64,000 nucleotides of DNA from an uncultured delta proteobacterium (GCA_963727445.1 CAVSGI010000006.1:288001-352000), one strand, 5' to 3'; shown: positions 48,874-59,056, numbered from the stretch's first letter. A program made the numbers and translations. The notes: a model not told the origin generated them from the sequence alone.

Positions 48874-49688
48874 TGATGAACGGGGTGCTGGTCGTCGCCG
48901 ACCTCGAGGTGCGCGTGTCGACGAGCGTCCCGGAGATGCTCCCACGCCTCGAAGCGATCTTCGGTGCGCCCTCCGAGCGGCCGGTGAGTCGCAGCATGTC
49001 GCTGGTGATTGGCCGGGAGCCCGAGGGGACGCTCGAGGTGACCTTCGATGGGGAGGAGACGATCGGCGAGCTCGCCGACGGCGACATCATCCCGACAATC
49101 GAAGGGCTCATCTACCAGGCGGTCACCGAGACGCCCGGGCGCGCCGCGCTCCACGCCGGGTGCGTGACGCGGGGCGGGCACACCTTGCTCTTCGTGGGGC
49201 CGTCGAACTCCGGGAAGAGCTCGCTCTGTCGCGCCGCGCTCGGCCGGGGCTGGCGGTACGCGAGCGATGACCTGACGCTCTTCGACGGCAGGCGTCTGTT
49301 GGGCCTCTCGCGGTCGATCGCCTTCGACGTGATCGACGTGGCGAAGGAGACGCCGGCGTGGGTCCGTGACGCCGACGTCTCGACCTACCAGACCTACGTG
49401 GGCGACAAGAACATCGCCGTGCCGCTCGTCTCGGTCGCTCCTACCCATCGCGTCGACGATTGGATCGACGGACAGGGCGCACACGTCGTGATCCCCGAGC
49501 GCGTTCAGACACGGACCTCCCTCGCGCCCCTGCCGGCGACCGACGCGCTGGCGGCGCTCCTCGCCGGCGCGCACCACCCCGATCCCCCGGACCTGGGCGT
49601 GCTGACACGGCGCGAGGCCTATCGTTTGTCGTGGGTCTCGCCCGACGAGGGGATCCACGCGATCGAGCGTGCTCTCGGCCTCGACTGA
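48873..49688 (+). CDS. HPr kinase-like P-loop kinase
   Basis: LHAGCV, Walker A GPSNSGKS, WRYASDD; start overlaps the PqqD stop. Confidence 0.82.
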   Translation: MMNGVLVVADLEVRVSTSVPEMLPRLEAIFGAPSERPVSRSMSLVIGREPEGTLEVTFDGEETIGELADGDIIPTIEGLIYQAVTETPGRAALHAGCVTRGGHTLLFVGPSNSGKSSLCRAALGRGWRYASDDLTLFDGRRLLGLSRSIAFDVIDVAKETPAWVRDADVSTYQTYVGDKNIAVPLVSVAPTHRVDDWIDGQGAHVVIPERVQTRTSLAPLPATDALAALLAGAHHPDPPDLGVLTRREAYRLSWVSPDEGIHAIERALGLD

Positions 49689-50530
49689 TGCGTCGGCGTA
49701 TCGAAGACGCACTTTACCACTCGATGGCGCGCGGGACGCGACGTCTGGTCGCGTCTCCCAGAGCTGGCCGTGCGCTCGCGACCAGTGCCGCCGCCATCCT
49801 GGCGCACGCGCTGGATCCGCGTGAACGCAGCCGCATCGGCATCGGCCTCTACGACGTGAGCTACGAGCCGTCTTACGAGCGCGAGGATCTCTACGATTGG
49901 GAACAGCGATGGTTCAGCCGGGTGTTGCCGGCGCCGCCGGGACGGATCCTGGTGGGCGCTGCCGGGGGAGGTCGTGAAGTGGGCGCGCTCCTCGAGCGAG
50001 GCTACGAGGTCGCCGCCTTCGAGCCCGCGGACAAGCCGCGCGCCCACGGTCGCGCGCGTCACCGTGGCCGCGTCACCATCGAAGCCGCCGACTACGACGC
50101 CCTCACCGCCGCCGTGCGAGGCGAAACGGCGTCGCCCCTGGCAGACATCGCACGCGCCCGCTACGACGCCGTGCTCCTCGGATGGGGTAGCTTCACCCAC
50201 GTTGCCGGCGGTGCACGGCGCGCGGCGCTCCTCTCCGCCTGCGACCAGCTCACCGACGGCCCGATCCTGGCGAGCTTCTATTTCCGCGAGGGGGCCGAAG
50301 CCCCTGACTCCCGCTCGGACGCCGCGCGATGGGGACGACGCATCGGGCGCGTGATCGGCCGCGCGCGCCGCGTGGAGGGCATCACCGAGGAGTGGGATTT
50401 CTACCATTGGGGTGGGTTCGCCCATCGCCTCTCGGTCGAGGACGTGGAGTCGGCGGCTCGGGCCGCAGGCCGGAAGGTTCTCTGGAGCCTGACCGACGGC
50501 TTCCCCCACGCGACGTTCACCAAGCTGTGA
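49688..50530 (+). CDS. Class I SAM-dependent methyltransferase
   Basis: Motif I-like RILVGAAGGGRE...VAAFEP; YDAVLLGWGSFTHV; start overlaps the kinase stop. Confidence 0.75.
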   Translation: MRRRIEDALYHSMARGTRRLVASPRAGRALATSAAAILAHALDPRERSRIGIGLYDVSYEPSYEREDLYDWEQRWFSRVLPAPPGRILVGAAGGGREVGALLERGYEVAAFEPADKPRAHGRARHRGRVTIEAADYDALTAAVRGETASPLADIARARYDAVLLGWGSFTHVAGGARRAALLSACDQLTDGPILASFYFREGAEAPDSRSDAARWGRRIGRVIGRARRVEGITEEWDFYHWGGFAHRLSVEDVESAARAAGRKVLWSLTDGFPHATFTKL

Positions 50531-50590
50531 GCGCGAGTGCCCCGGCCCGTGGTGTGTCCGTGGCCCCACGTGACGTGGCATGATGAATAG

Positions 50591-51382
50591 ATGTCGCCTC
50601 GCTCGTGCACTTTCGGCGCGCTCCTCGTGATGCTCGCGTCGTGCACGGTGGACTCGTCGGCCATCCGTCCCGAGTCGGACGTCGCACCGGGCCATGATGT
50701 CGGCGTCGACACGAGCACACTCGATGCCATGCGCGACACCGCCGCGCGCGACACGACCGTCCCATCCCGACCGGATGGCGGTCCCGCGGACGCGACGACC
50801 CCGATGGATGGCGCGTCACCGGACGCCGCGCCCGACACCGGCACCGCCTCCGACACCAGCACCCCGCCGGATACCATCGCCCCGCCCGATGCCAGCATCC
50901 CGCTCAATTGCGGCGACCGCACCCTCGACCGCGGCGAGTCCTGCGATGATGGGAACAACACCAGCGGTGACGGCTGCAGCGCCGTCTGTGAGACCGAGTC
51001 TTCCTTCGACGACTGCCCCGGCGCACGCCTGGTCATCGGGCTCGGTAGGCAGAGCTATCGCGGGTCCAACGCCGGGGCTGCTTCGACCCAGACCTGCAGC
51101 AGTGGTCGGGGCCGCGGGCCGGACGCGGTCTACACCATCGCGCCCAACTACACGGGGCGACTCAACATCCGGGTGACCTCGCCCTTCGACGCGGTGTTGA
51201 TGACCAAGAGCGCCTGCCCGGGGGCGGTGCAGTTCTTCTGCGAGGACAGCTGGTATGGCGGGAGCACCGAGCAGGTCACGGGCGGCGTGAGCGCCGGGAC
51301 GGAGTACATGGTGATCGTCTCCGGCTACGGCTCGAGCGACACCGGCGACTTCGAGCTCGTCTTTCGGGGCTCGTCGCCCTGA
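50591..51382 (+). CDS. Lipoprotein with a Myxococcus Cys-rich repeat and a PPC-like domain
   Basis: Lipobox LASC; CGDRTLDRGESCDDGNNTSGDGCSAVC; GPDAVY...YMVIVSGY. Confidence 0.78.
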   Translation: MSPRSCTFGALLVMLASCTVDSSAIRPESDVAPGHDVGVDTSTLDAMRDTAARDTTVPSRPDGGPADATTPMDGASPDAAPDTGTASDTSTPPDTIAPPDASIPLNCGDRTLDRGESCDDGNNTSGDGCSAVCETESSFDDCPGARLVIGLGRQSYRGSNAGAASTQTCSSGRGRGPDAVYTIAPNYTGRLNIRVTSPFDAVLMTKSACPGAVQFFCEDSWYGGSTEQVTGGVSAGTEYMVIVSGYGSSDTGDFELVFRGSSP

Positions 51383-51394
51383 GCCAGCGCGTCT

Positions 51395-52819
51395 TCAAAC
51401 GAGCGCTTTGGTCAGCACCGTCTCCTTGACCGAAGTGCCGCGCTCGGTCTCCGCGATCAGGAGATCGGCCGGGCACTTTCCTTCGTTCACCAGGGTGCGC
51501 AGCTTGCTCAGATGGATGCGCTCGTCGTCGCCGTTGCGGTTCAGGTTGCTCAGGCGCGACAGACCCGCGGCCGCGATGTCGAGCAGCTCGCTCGCCCACG
51601 TGCGCACCGGTCGCCCGGCGAGGGTGGCCGACAGGGCGCGTTCGGCGATCTCCGGCCGTGCCGCGGAGACGAGCTCGTGGTCGAGGGGTGCGCTCAACTT
51701 CTCGAGCGCATCCATCGCGTCGTCGTCGTAGAGAAGACCCTTCCACAGCGCCGGCAGCGCACAGACGAGCGACTGGTCCTGGCTGTCGGCGCCGCGCACT
51801 TCCAGGGTCTTCTTCAGCCGCGACTCGGGGAAGAGCGTGTTCAGGTGCGTCTCCCAGTCGGTGTGCGTCGCGTGCGCCCCTTCGAAGCCGTCCTTCATGA
51901 AGGCGCGGAAGGTCTGGCCGGTGTTCGCGAGGATCTTGCCGTCGCGCTTGACCAGAAACATGGGCACGTCGAGGGCCCACTCCACGTAGTCGCGGTAAGT
52001 GGCGGCCTCGCTCCATGCGAAGGGCAGAAGGCCGCTCCGGTCGGGATCCATGTCCAGCCAGACGCGGACGCGGCGGCTCTTGTCGCCACAGAGCTGTCCC
52101 TCGACGAAGGGGCTGTTCGCGAACATCGCGCTCACCACCGGCGCGACCGCGAGGGAGAGCCGCAGCTTGCGCATCGCGTCCGCTTCGCTCTCGAAGTCGA
52201 GATTGGCCTGCACGGTCGCCGTTCGCAGCATCATGTCGAGCGCCATCGTGCCGCGGGTGGGCAGGTACTCCTTCATGATGCCGTAGCGGAGCTTCGGGAC
52301 CCACGGCAGGTCTTCGCGTTCGGCGAAGGGGTGGAAGCCGAGACCCAGCCACGCGATGCCGAGCTCGGAGGAGATGTCGGCGAGCTCCTGCATGTGCCCG
52401 CGAAATTCGGCGCACGTCTGGTGAACGGTCTCGTGGGGCGCTCCCGACAGCTCGAACTGGCCGCCGGGCTCGAGGGTGATGCTGGTGGCTCCGCGCTGCA
52501 GGCTGATGACCTGACCGCCCGCGTGCTCCCGCTCCTCGAACCAACCGTGATGCGTCGTGAGGCTCTCGAAGACCGCCTGAATGCTCCGCTCCCCTTCGTA
52601 GGGCAGGGGGCTTCCATCGGGGAGGAGCACCCCGATCTTCTCCATCTCGGTGCCGATGCGGAAGCGACTGCGCGGCTTCTCGGCTTCGTGGAAGGGGCGG
52701 AGGAGGTCGGAAAAGTCCCGGAGTCGCTCGCTGTCTTTTTCGTAATCCAAGGAGAAGCCCGTGGTGGGAGGTCTCTGGTTGAGCCGACTGTTCGTTCGGG
52801 CGGCCCGAGGGGTTACCAT
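51395..52819 (-). CDS. gshA: Glutamate--cysteine ligase (GCS2 family)
   Basis: RIGTEMEK, ITLEPGGQFELSG, PKLRYGIM, MMLRTATVQANLD, FANSPF, LEVRGAD. Confidence 0.9.
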   Translation of the reverse strand: MVTPRAARTNSRLNQRPPTTGFSLDYEKDSERLRDFSDLLRPFHEAEKPRSRFRIGTEMEKIGVLLPDGSPLPYEGERSIQAVFESLTTHHGWFEEREHAGGQVISLQRGATSITLEPGGQFELSGAPHETVHQTCAEFRGHMQELADISSELGIAWLGLGFHPFAEREDLPWVPKLRYGIMKEYLPTRGTMALDMMLRTATVQANLDFESEADAMRKLRLSLAVAPVVSAMFANSPFVEGQLCGDKSRRVRVWLDMDPDRSGLLPFAWSEAATYRDYVEWALDVPMFLVKRDGKILANTGQTFRAFMKDGFEGAHATHTDWETHLNTLFPESRLKKTLEVRGADSQDQSLVCALPALWKGLLYDDDAMDALEKLSAPLDHELVSAARPEIAERALSATLAGRPVRTWASELLDIAAAGLSRLSNLNRNGDDERIHLSKLRTLVNEGKCPADLLIAETERGTSVKETVLTKALV

Positions 52820-52883
52820 GGGGCCGTTCGGGCGCCCTCACAAGCGCCTACATCGCACCACACTCGCCGGAGCTGCAACAAAC

Positions 52884-53231
52884 GTGACCACACGATCCAA
52901 GGCCGGTTACATCGGGCCCAACCTGGTGATTCATGGACGTTTGTCGGGCAGAGGCGAGATCGTCGTCGACGGCCTCCTGGAGGGGGACGTCACCGTGGAG
53001 GGTGTCGTGAAGGTGGGGGCGGTGGGCACGATCAAAGCGGCGGTCGAAGCCGACGTCGTGGACGTGGCCGGAGTCCTCAAGGGTGCCGTGACCGGGATGG
53101 AAGAGGTGGCGGTGCGAGAGGGAGGGACCATCGACGGCGATGTCCGCGCCCCGCGCGTCGCGATCGACGACGGCGGCGCTCTTCACGGCGGCATCCAGAT
53201 GGACTTCGAGATCGAGCGAGGAGACGAGTAG
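52884..53231 (+). CDS. Bactofilin (polymer-forming cytoskeletal protein)
   Basis: IGPNLVIHGRLSG...VDGLLEGDV...G.IDGDVRAPRVAIDDGGALHGGIQM. Confidence 0.88.
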   Translation: MTTRSKAGYIGPNLVIHGRLSGRGEIVVDGLLEGDVTVEGVVKVGAVGTIKAAVEADVVDVAGVLKGAVTGMEEVAVREGGTIDGDVRAPRVAIDDGGALHGGIQMDFEIERGDE

Positions 53232-53819
53232 ATGGGCAGACCTTCGATCCTCCCGAACGGCATGAAGCTGATCGGTGACGTGTCGGGCGAGGAGGACCTC
53301 GTGATCTTCGGCACCATCGACGGCGAGGTGCACGTCGACGGTGCGGTGGTAGTCGAGGAGGGCGGCGTGGTGCACGGAAACGTCCGCGGCCGCACGGTGA
53401 CCGTTCGCGGTGTGGTGGTCGGCGACGCCAAGGCCGAGAGCGCCATCCGCGTCGACGAGGGTGGCCAGATGGTCGGTGACGTTCGCGCGCCGCGCGTGAA
53501 CATCGTCAAGGGTGCGCGCTTTCGCGGTCACGTGCACATGACCGCGCCCGATGGAACCCTGGCGGCGCCAAGTTCCAAGCGCCGTCGCCGTCGTCGCTCC
53601 GACGAAGTCTCCGCGCCGGAGCAGTCGAGCCCGCGCGCAATCGAGGAAGCGGCGCGGACGAAGCGAGCGGTGCGCGCGACGGTGCCGGGTTCCGTCCGGG
53701 CGGTGCAGAAAGCCGATACGGTGGTGGGAGAGCCCGCCCCCGGGCCGCGCCGCCCGCCCGCCCCACGCATGCCGGTGCTCCGGCGCAGCCGAGCACGGCG
53801 CAAGGACTCACCGGCATGA
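53232..53819 (+). CDS. Bactofilin with a basic disordered C-terminal tail (BacP-like)
   Basis: GDVSGEEDLVIFGTIDGEV...GDVRAPRVNIVKGARFRGHVHM followed by an Arg/Pro-rich tail. Confidence 0.88.
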   Translation: MGRPSILPNGMKLIGDVSGEEDLVIFGTIDGEVHVDGAVVVEEGGVVHGNVRGRTVTVRGVVVGDAKAESAIRVDEGGQMVGDVRAPRVNIVKGARFRGHVHMTAPDGTLAAPSSKRRRRRRSDEVSAPEQSSPRAIEEAARTKRAVRATVPGSVRAVQKADTVVGEPAPGPRRPPAPRMPVLRRSRARRKDSPA

Positions 53820-54379
53820 CGACCCCGGACGTGGGGCCGCGGCTCCTCGCGCTCTTGAAGGAGCTGAGCTTCGCCCGCCGGAAGGTGACGCTCGCCTCGG
53901 GGCGCGAGAGCGATTGGTTCATCGACGTCAAGCAGACAGTGCTCACGGCACAGGGGCACGCCCTCGTGGGGCGCGCGCTCCTGGACGCAGTCCTCGCGTT
54001 GCCCACGCCGCCCAAAGCGGTGGCCGGGGTGGAGCTCGGCGGCTGTCCGCTCGCCTCCGCGGTCTCCCTTCTCTCCCACGAGCGCGGCCGGCCGCTCGAC
54101 GCGATCTACGTTCGCAAGACGGTGAAGGACCACGGCAGCAAGCGCGAGCTCGAAGGGAACGGTCGCCTGGGGGAAGGCGACGAGGTGGTGGTTCTCGAAG
54201 ACGTGGTCACCACGGGAGGCTCGACGCTGAACGCGGTGGCCAAGCTGCGGGCGCACGGGCTGAAAGTGTCGTCGGTGGTGGCGGTCGTCGATTGGAACGA
54301 GGGTGGCCGAGAGGCCCTCGCCGATGCCGACCTCGCGCTCGTCTCTCTCTACGGACGCGCGGACTTCATGGGGGACTGA
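53816..54379 (+). CDS. pyrE: Orotate phosphoribosyltransferase
   Basis: TLASGRESDWFID, VRKTVKDHG, VVLEDVVTTGGS. Confidence 0.93.
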   Translation: MTTPDVGPRLLALLKELSFARRKVTLASGRESDWFIDVKQTVLTAQGHALVGRALLDAVLALPTPPKAVAGVELGGCPLASAVSLLSHERGRPLDAIYVRKTVKDHGSKRELEGNGRLGEGDEVVVLEDVVTTGGSTLNAVAKLRAHGLKVSSVVAVVDWNEGGREALADADLALVSLYGRADFMGD

Positions 54380-54381
54380 AG

Positions 54382-55017
54382 GTGCGTGTCGTCGGGCACC
54401 TCCTCCTCGCCTCGCTCGCGGCCACCGTGCTCGGTTGCAGCGCGACGACGGTGAGCATGCGGCCCGAGCCCCGCTCCTTCACCGCCGCCGACTACGACAG
54501 CGTCTACGAGAAGTGGACCCGAGAAGCGGACGACTTCGAGTTCGGCAAGCTCACCGACGTGCTCAACGTGACGGCGACCTTTCAGGGGTGGGAGTTCCGC
54601 TGGGCTTACGTGGTGCGCTACGCCGCCGATCACAGCCTCCGAACCGAGGAGCGGGCCGAGATGCTCCGCGCCTCCCTGGCGGACGCGCGGGAACGCCACC
54701 GATTCTTCGTCACCATGAGCGGGGCCAAGTGGAGGGACACGGACCTCACGAGCGACGACGCGGTCTGGCGGGTGATCCTCGTCGATGAGGATGACAACCA
54801 GATGGTGCCCCTCGAGATTGAGAAGCTCCATCGTCCCACCGCCAACATCGGCGCCTATTACCCCTCCGTTTCCGTCTTCCGCCACGCGTTCCGGATCGTC
54901 TTTCCGGCCCGCCGGCCCGACGGAAGCCCCGTGATCCCGGACAATGCCAGCTACGTGATCCTTCGTTTCGCCGGGCCTCTCGGGACGGTCGATTTGAAGT
55001 GGGAGTTTGCGCACTGA
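54382..55017 (+). CDS. Hypothetical lipoprotein
   Basis: Lipobox VLGC; GC3-rich frame starting 2 nt after the pyrE stop. Confidence 0.7.
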   Translation: MRVVGHLLLASLAATVLGCSATTVSMRPEPRSFTAADYDSVYEKWTREADDFEFGKLTDVLNVTATFQGWEFRWAYVVRYAADHSLRTEERAEMLRASLADARERHRFFVTMSGAKWRDTDLTSDDAVWRVILVDEDDNQMVPLEIEKLHRPTANIGAYYPSVSVFRHAFRIVFPARRPDGSPVIPDNASYVILRFAGPLGTVDLKWEFAH

Positions 55018-55034
55018 GCGCCCTTTTTCCGGCG

Positions 55035-55063
55035 TTGACACCCATGTGACGCCCCGGTATGGT
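55035..55063 (+). promoter_or_regulatory. Putative sigma70 promoter
   Basis: TTGACA-17 nt-TATGGT, about 100 nt upstream of the HEAT lipoprotein gene. Confidence 0.65.
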
Positions 55064-55159
55064 CGCGCCCGGCGTCTAAACTGCCGTATTGATACGAGTA
55101 ATCCCGGGGACCTCGGGAGCTGAGCGGGGCGCCGAGACCTTGAGGGGAGGCCCTTAGCC

Positions 55160-56839
55160 ATGAGGAAAGTCGCGACCAGCGCGCTCGCGAGCGTGCTCAT
55201 CATCTCCGTCAGCATGGCCCTGTGGGGCTGCCACGCTGATCCCGACGACGCGGCCGGTCAGGCCGGCGAGCTGACGGATCCCGTGCGTCGAGAGAACGCG
55301 CTTCGGAACATCCAGAGGCTCTATTCGGCAGCGTTGGCGGCGACCGACAACGACCGCAACAGCGACAAGGTCAAGGCCGTCGTCGATGCGACGGTCGACA
55401 AGATCTCCCAGGCCTACCTCGACTATCCCGAGGACACGCAGAACGGCCGGGTGATGCTGGACATCCTGAAGGACATGCAGGACCCGCGCGGTCTGCCCGC
55501 CTTCAAGGAGGCCCTCGGTTGGCGGCCGGAGGTGACCGAGGAGCACGCGATCACCGCGGCGCAGGCGATCCGTCTGATCGACATCCCCGACGCTGACAAG
55601 GCGGACGTCATCGACAAGCTGGCCGATGCCCTCGAGCGCGTCACCGGCGCGCGCGGCGTCGACAACCGCATGCGCATCGAGTTCATCCGCACCCTGGGTG
55701 AGCTGGGCGATACGCGCGCCACGCCGATCCTCACCAAGGTCGCCACGGCCCAGAGCGAAGAGCAGAACTTCCTCATCAACCGTCTCGCCGCGACCCAGAT
55801 CGGCCGCATGGGCGACCCCGAAGCGGTGCCGGAGCTCATCAAGGCCCTCTTCCTCTTCGCGCCGAACAACCCGGCGATGCGCATGAACGACGTGGCCGCC
55901 GAGGCGCTGGTCCGCATCGGCCGTCCCTCCTACCAGCCGCTCCTGGCGCTGATGCATGGCCAGAACGACGAGGCCAAGGCGATCGTCGAGGCGTACATCG
56001 AGGCCGTGCGGGCGCGCAACGAAGAGGCCGCCGCGGCGATGTCGGCGGAGATGCTGATGAACGCGGAGGCGACCTTCACCCTGGGTGCCCTCGGATACGC
56101 GGATGCCTTCGACGCCATCGTCGAGGAGGCGCAGAGCGAGGACATCAGTCGCCGCATCAACGCGTCCATCGCGCTCGTTCGCCTCAACCTGAGCGATGCG
56201 CAGAAGGCCCAGGTACGCGACATCCTCAAGAGCACCTACGAAGCGGCGGAGCTCGAGGCCAAGCCCCAGCTCCTGGCGGCCATGCGGATGATGTATGACG
56301 CCGATTCGTTGCCCTTCTTCCTGGCGCAGGCCTCCGATACCGACCTGCATCCGCAGGTGCGACTGGAGGCCGTCAAGGCGTACGCGCTGCTCGCGAACGC
56401 GCGCGACGTCGCCGCACTGCGTGCGCTGATCGCGCGCGAGCCGGCCTCCGAGGACGGCGGCTACAAGGAGAACTTCCAGCAGAACGAGCCCCTCCTCGCG
56501 CTCGCGACCGAGTGCAACGAGGACGTCTCCTGCTGGATTGGCAAGCTCGGCGACTCCGACAAGGAGGTCGTCAAGAAGGCCGCCTACATGCTGGGTCGCT
56601 ACGGCAGCGGCAACGAGGAGGCGGTGAACGCGCTTGTGGGCCTCCTCGACCACAACGAGCTCGAGGTGCGTCTGGCGGCGCTCTCGGCCCTCGATCGGAT
56701 CGCCACCCACGGCAGCCAGGCTGCCGTCGACAAGATCGAGGAGCTCCGCGAGACCGAAGAGGGCCGCTCGATCTGGAACAACTTCAGCCGTGAGGCGCTG
56801 CCCACCCAGGCGCGCCTCCGTAATCGCTCGGCTGACTGA
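55160..56839 (+). CDS. HEAT-repeat lipoprotein
   Basis: GGGGAGG RBS; lipobox LWGC; repeats such as TLGELGDTRATPIL, QIGRMGDPEAVPEL, EVRLAALSALDRI. Confidence 0.85.
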   Translation: MRKVATSALASVLIISVSMALWGCHADPDDAAGQAGELTDPVRRENALRNIQRLYSAALAATDNDRNSDKVKAVVDATVDKISQAYLDYPEDTQNGRVMLDILKDMQDPRGLPAFKEALGWRPEVTEEHAITAAQAIRLIDIPDADKADVIDKLADALERVTGARGVDNRMRIEFIRTLGELGDTRATPILTKVATAQSEEQNFLINRLAATQIGRMGDPEAVPELIKALFLFAPNNPAMRMNDVAAEALVRIGRPSYQPLLALMHGQNDEAKAIVEAYIEAVRARNEEAAAAMSAEMLMNAEATFTLGALGYADAFDAIVEEAQSEDISRRINASIALVRLNLSDAQKAQVRDILKSTYEAAELEAKPQLLAAMRMMYDADSLPFFLAQASDTDLHPQVRLEAVKAYALLANARDVAALRALIAREPASEDGGYKENFQQNEPLLALATECNEDVSCWIGKLGDSDKEVVKKAAYMLGRYGSGNEEAVNALVGLLDHNELEVRLAALSALDRIATHGSQAAVDKIEELRETEEGRSIWNNFSREALPTQARLRNRSAD

Positions 56840-56862
56840 GGGCTCCGCAGTAGACTCTGCCC

Positions 56863-58785
56863 ATGCGCCTGGAGGTCCTCAGCGGCGACGCACAGGGTAC
56901 CGTCGTCGAATCCGACGGGGACATCGTGCGGATTGGGCGGGGTGAGGCGAACAATCTCGTCATCGACGCGCTCCACGTGAGCGCGGAGCACGCCTCCCTC
57001 GCCCACACCGACGCCGGCTGGATGGTGCGTGATCATCACAGCACCAACGGCACGCGCATCGTCCGCGGCGAGACGGTGGTGGACCTCGCGGAGGAGCCCG
57101 GCCGCGAGGCGCTCATCGAGAGCGGCGACGTGCTCAGCCTCGGCGATCCCGAGGCCCATCTCGCCGTCGCCGTCTCCTACGAAGAGGAGCCCGACGACAC
57201 CCGGATCGTGTCGCTGCGCCGGGTGGCGGAGATCGAGAAGGTCGAGGAGGCGGTCGGCCTCGACCGCGAGCTCCTCAAGAAGCTCTACGAAGCGCAGAAG
57301 GACATCTCCTCGGCGCTGCGCCTCGCCGAGGTGCTGGACGCGGTTGCCCGGCAGGTCTTCGCGTTTCTGTCGCGCGCGACCCACGTCACGGTGGCGCTTC
57401 GCGACGTCGACGAGCCGACGAGCCGCAAGAAGCCACGGTACGTGCCGGTCGGCACGCGGGTGCGCGACGGCGGCGACAGCGGCGAGTCGATCCCGATCAC
57501 CCGCAGCGTCTTCAAGAAGGTGGTGGCGGAGCGAGCCGCGGTGCTCGCCGCGGACGCCAAGCGCGACGTCGGCGAGACCGCCTCGCTGATGGCGGCGCAG
57601 ATCCTCTCCACCATCGGCGTCCCGCTCTGGTTCGGCGAAGACATCATCGGGGTGTTGCAGGTCGACAACCGCGCCTCGAAGGGCCTCTTCAAGGAGGAGG
57701 ACCTCGACATCCTCGCGGTCCTCGCGCAGACCACCAGCCAGGCGTTCCATCACGCCCGCCTCTACAGGCGCCTCGAGGCCGCCGAAGAGCAGGCACGCAG
57801 CGAAAACGAGTACCTGAAGGAGCGCGACAAGAGCCAGCGCTTCGGCGGGATCATCGGCGAGAGCGCCGCCATGAAGAAGGTCTTCGACCAGCTCAAGAAG
57901 GTGGTCGATACGCGGGTCACCGTCCTGGTCGAGGGCGAGACGGGCACGGGCAAAGAGCTCGTCGCCAGCGCCGTCCACCACTGGTCCAAGCGCGCCGAGC
58001 ATCTCTTCGTGGCGACCAACTGCGCCGCCATGCCCGAGAACCTGCTGGAGTCGGAGCTCTTTGGTCACAAGAAGGGCGCCTTCACCGGCGCTACCGAGGA
58101 CAAGAAGGGCCTCTTCGTGATCGCCGACGGAGGCACGCTCTTCCTCGACGAGGTCGGCGAGATGCCGATGTCCCTGCAGGCGAAGCTGCTCCGCGTGTTG
58201 CAGGAAGGTGAGGTTCGTCCGGTCGGCTCGAACCAGACCAAGACCGTCGACGTTCGGATCGTCGCCGCGACCAACCGGGAGCTCGAGAAGGAGGTGCAGG
58301 AGGGACGCTTCCGCGAAGACCTCTACTATCGTCTCAAGGTCTTCCCTCTTCGCATCCCGCCGCTTCGCGAGCGGCGCGAGGACATCCCGCTGCTCGCGGG
58401 CCACTTCCTGACCCGCTACGTGCAGGAGTTCGGTCGCGAGGTCGGCGGCTTCAGCCAGCAGTCGATGGAGCTGCTGCAGAGTTACAAATGGCCCGGCAAC
58501 GTGCGCGAGCTCGAAAACGAGGTGCAGCGCCTGGTCATCCAGGTCGACGACGGAGAGTTCGTGCAGGCGGAGCACATCAGCCCGCGGATCCGCCAGGTCG
58601 AAAACGTCATCGACAAGGTCCGGCCAGAGAAGGGCACGCTCAAGGAGATGGTCGAGCAGGTCGAGAAGTGGATCCTCCTCGAAGCCCTCCGCGAGCACGA
58701 CAACAACAAGACCGCCACCGCCAAGACCCTCGGCATCACCCGCGAAGGGCTCCACAAGAAGCTGAAGAACTACGGCCTGAGCTAG
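56863..58785 (+). CDS. FHA-GAF sigma54-dependent enhancer-binding protein
   Basis: FHA (IGRG...VSAEHA...STNGT), GAF (GVPL...GVLQVDN), [39 protein letters not shown]-terminal HTH. Confidence 0.94.
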   Translation: MRLEVLSGDAQGTVVESDGDIVRIGRGEANNLVIDALHVSAEHASLAHTDAGWMVRDHHSTNGTRIVRGETVVDLAEEPGREALIESGDVLSLGDPEAHLAVAVSYEEEPDDTRIVSLRRVAEIEKVEEAVGLDRELLKKLYEAQKDISSALRLAEVLDAVARQVFAFLSRATHVTVALRDVDEPTSRKKPRYVPVGTRVRDGGDSGESIPITRSVFKKVVAERAAVLAADAKRDVGETASLMAAQILSTIGVPLWFGEDIIGVLQVDNRASKGLFKEEDLDILAVLAQTTSQAFHHARLYRRLEAAEEQARSENEYLKERDKSQRFGGIIGESAAMKKVFDQLKKVVDTRVTVLVEGETGTGKELVASAVHHWSKRAEHLFVATNCAAMPENLLESELFGHKKGAFTGATEDKKGLFVIADGGTLFLDEVGEMPMSLQAKLLRVLQEGEVRPVGSNQTKTVDVRIVAATNRELEKEVQEGRFREDLYYRLKVFPLRIPPLRERREDIPLLAGHFLTRYVQEFGREVGGFSQQSMELLQSYKWPGNVRELENEVQRLVIQVDDGEFVQAEHISPRIRQVENVIDKVRPEKGTLKEMVEQVEKWILLEALREHDNNKTATAKTLGITREGLHKKLKNYGLS

Positions 58786-58873
58786 CACCACTCGATGAGG
58801 GTCACGGCGGCCCTCGCTTGCTCAGGCATTTCCGAGCGCTCGTGGCCGTATCGAAGCTATAACAGAGGCGCCG

Positions 58874-59056
58874 ATGAGACGGTTCGCACGCGACGGCAGT
58901 GGATCGATTCTGGTGCTCGCCTCCCTGAGCTTCCTCTACATGGGCGTGCGGCAGGTCGCGGATCACGACTACGTCGCCGCGATCCTCCTGGTCCTGACGG
59001 GGCTCAGCTTGTGCTGGGCCGGGGTCGAGCTCCTGCGCCCGACGATCGGAGAGTGA
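58874..59056 (+). CDS. Small two-TM membrane protein
   Basis: 60 aa with two hydrophobic segments; stop overlaps the PPIase start. Confidence 0.55.
   Translation: MRRFARDGSGSILVLASLSFLYMGVRQVADHDYVAAILLVLTGLSLCWAGVELLRPTIGE

Noticed and set aside
47282..50530. Lasso peptide or PQQ biosynthesis cluster
   Set aside because: PqqD and HPr-like kinase are present, but there is no asparagine-synthetase-like cyclase, no B2 peptidase and no pqqB/pqqC, and the precursor lacks the PqqA ExxxY motif.
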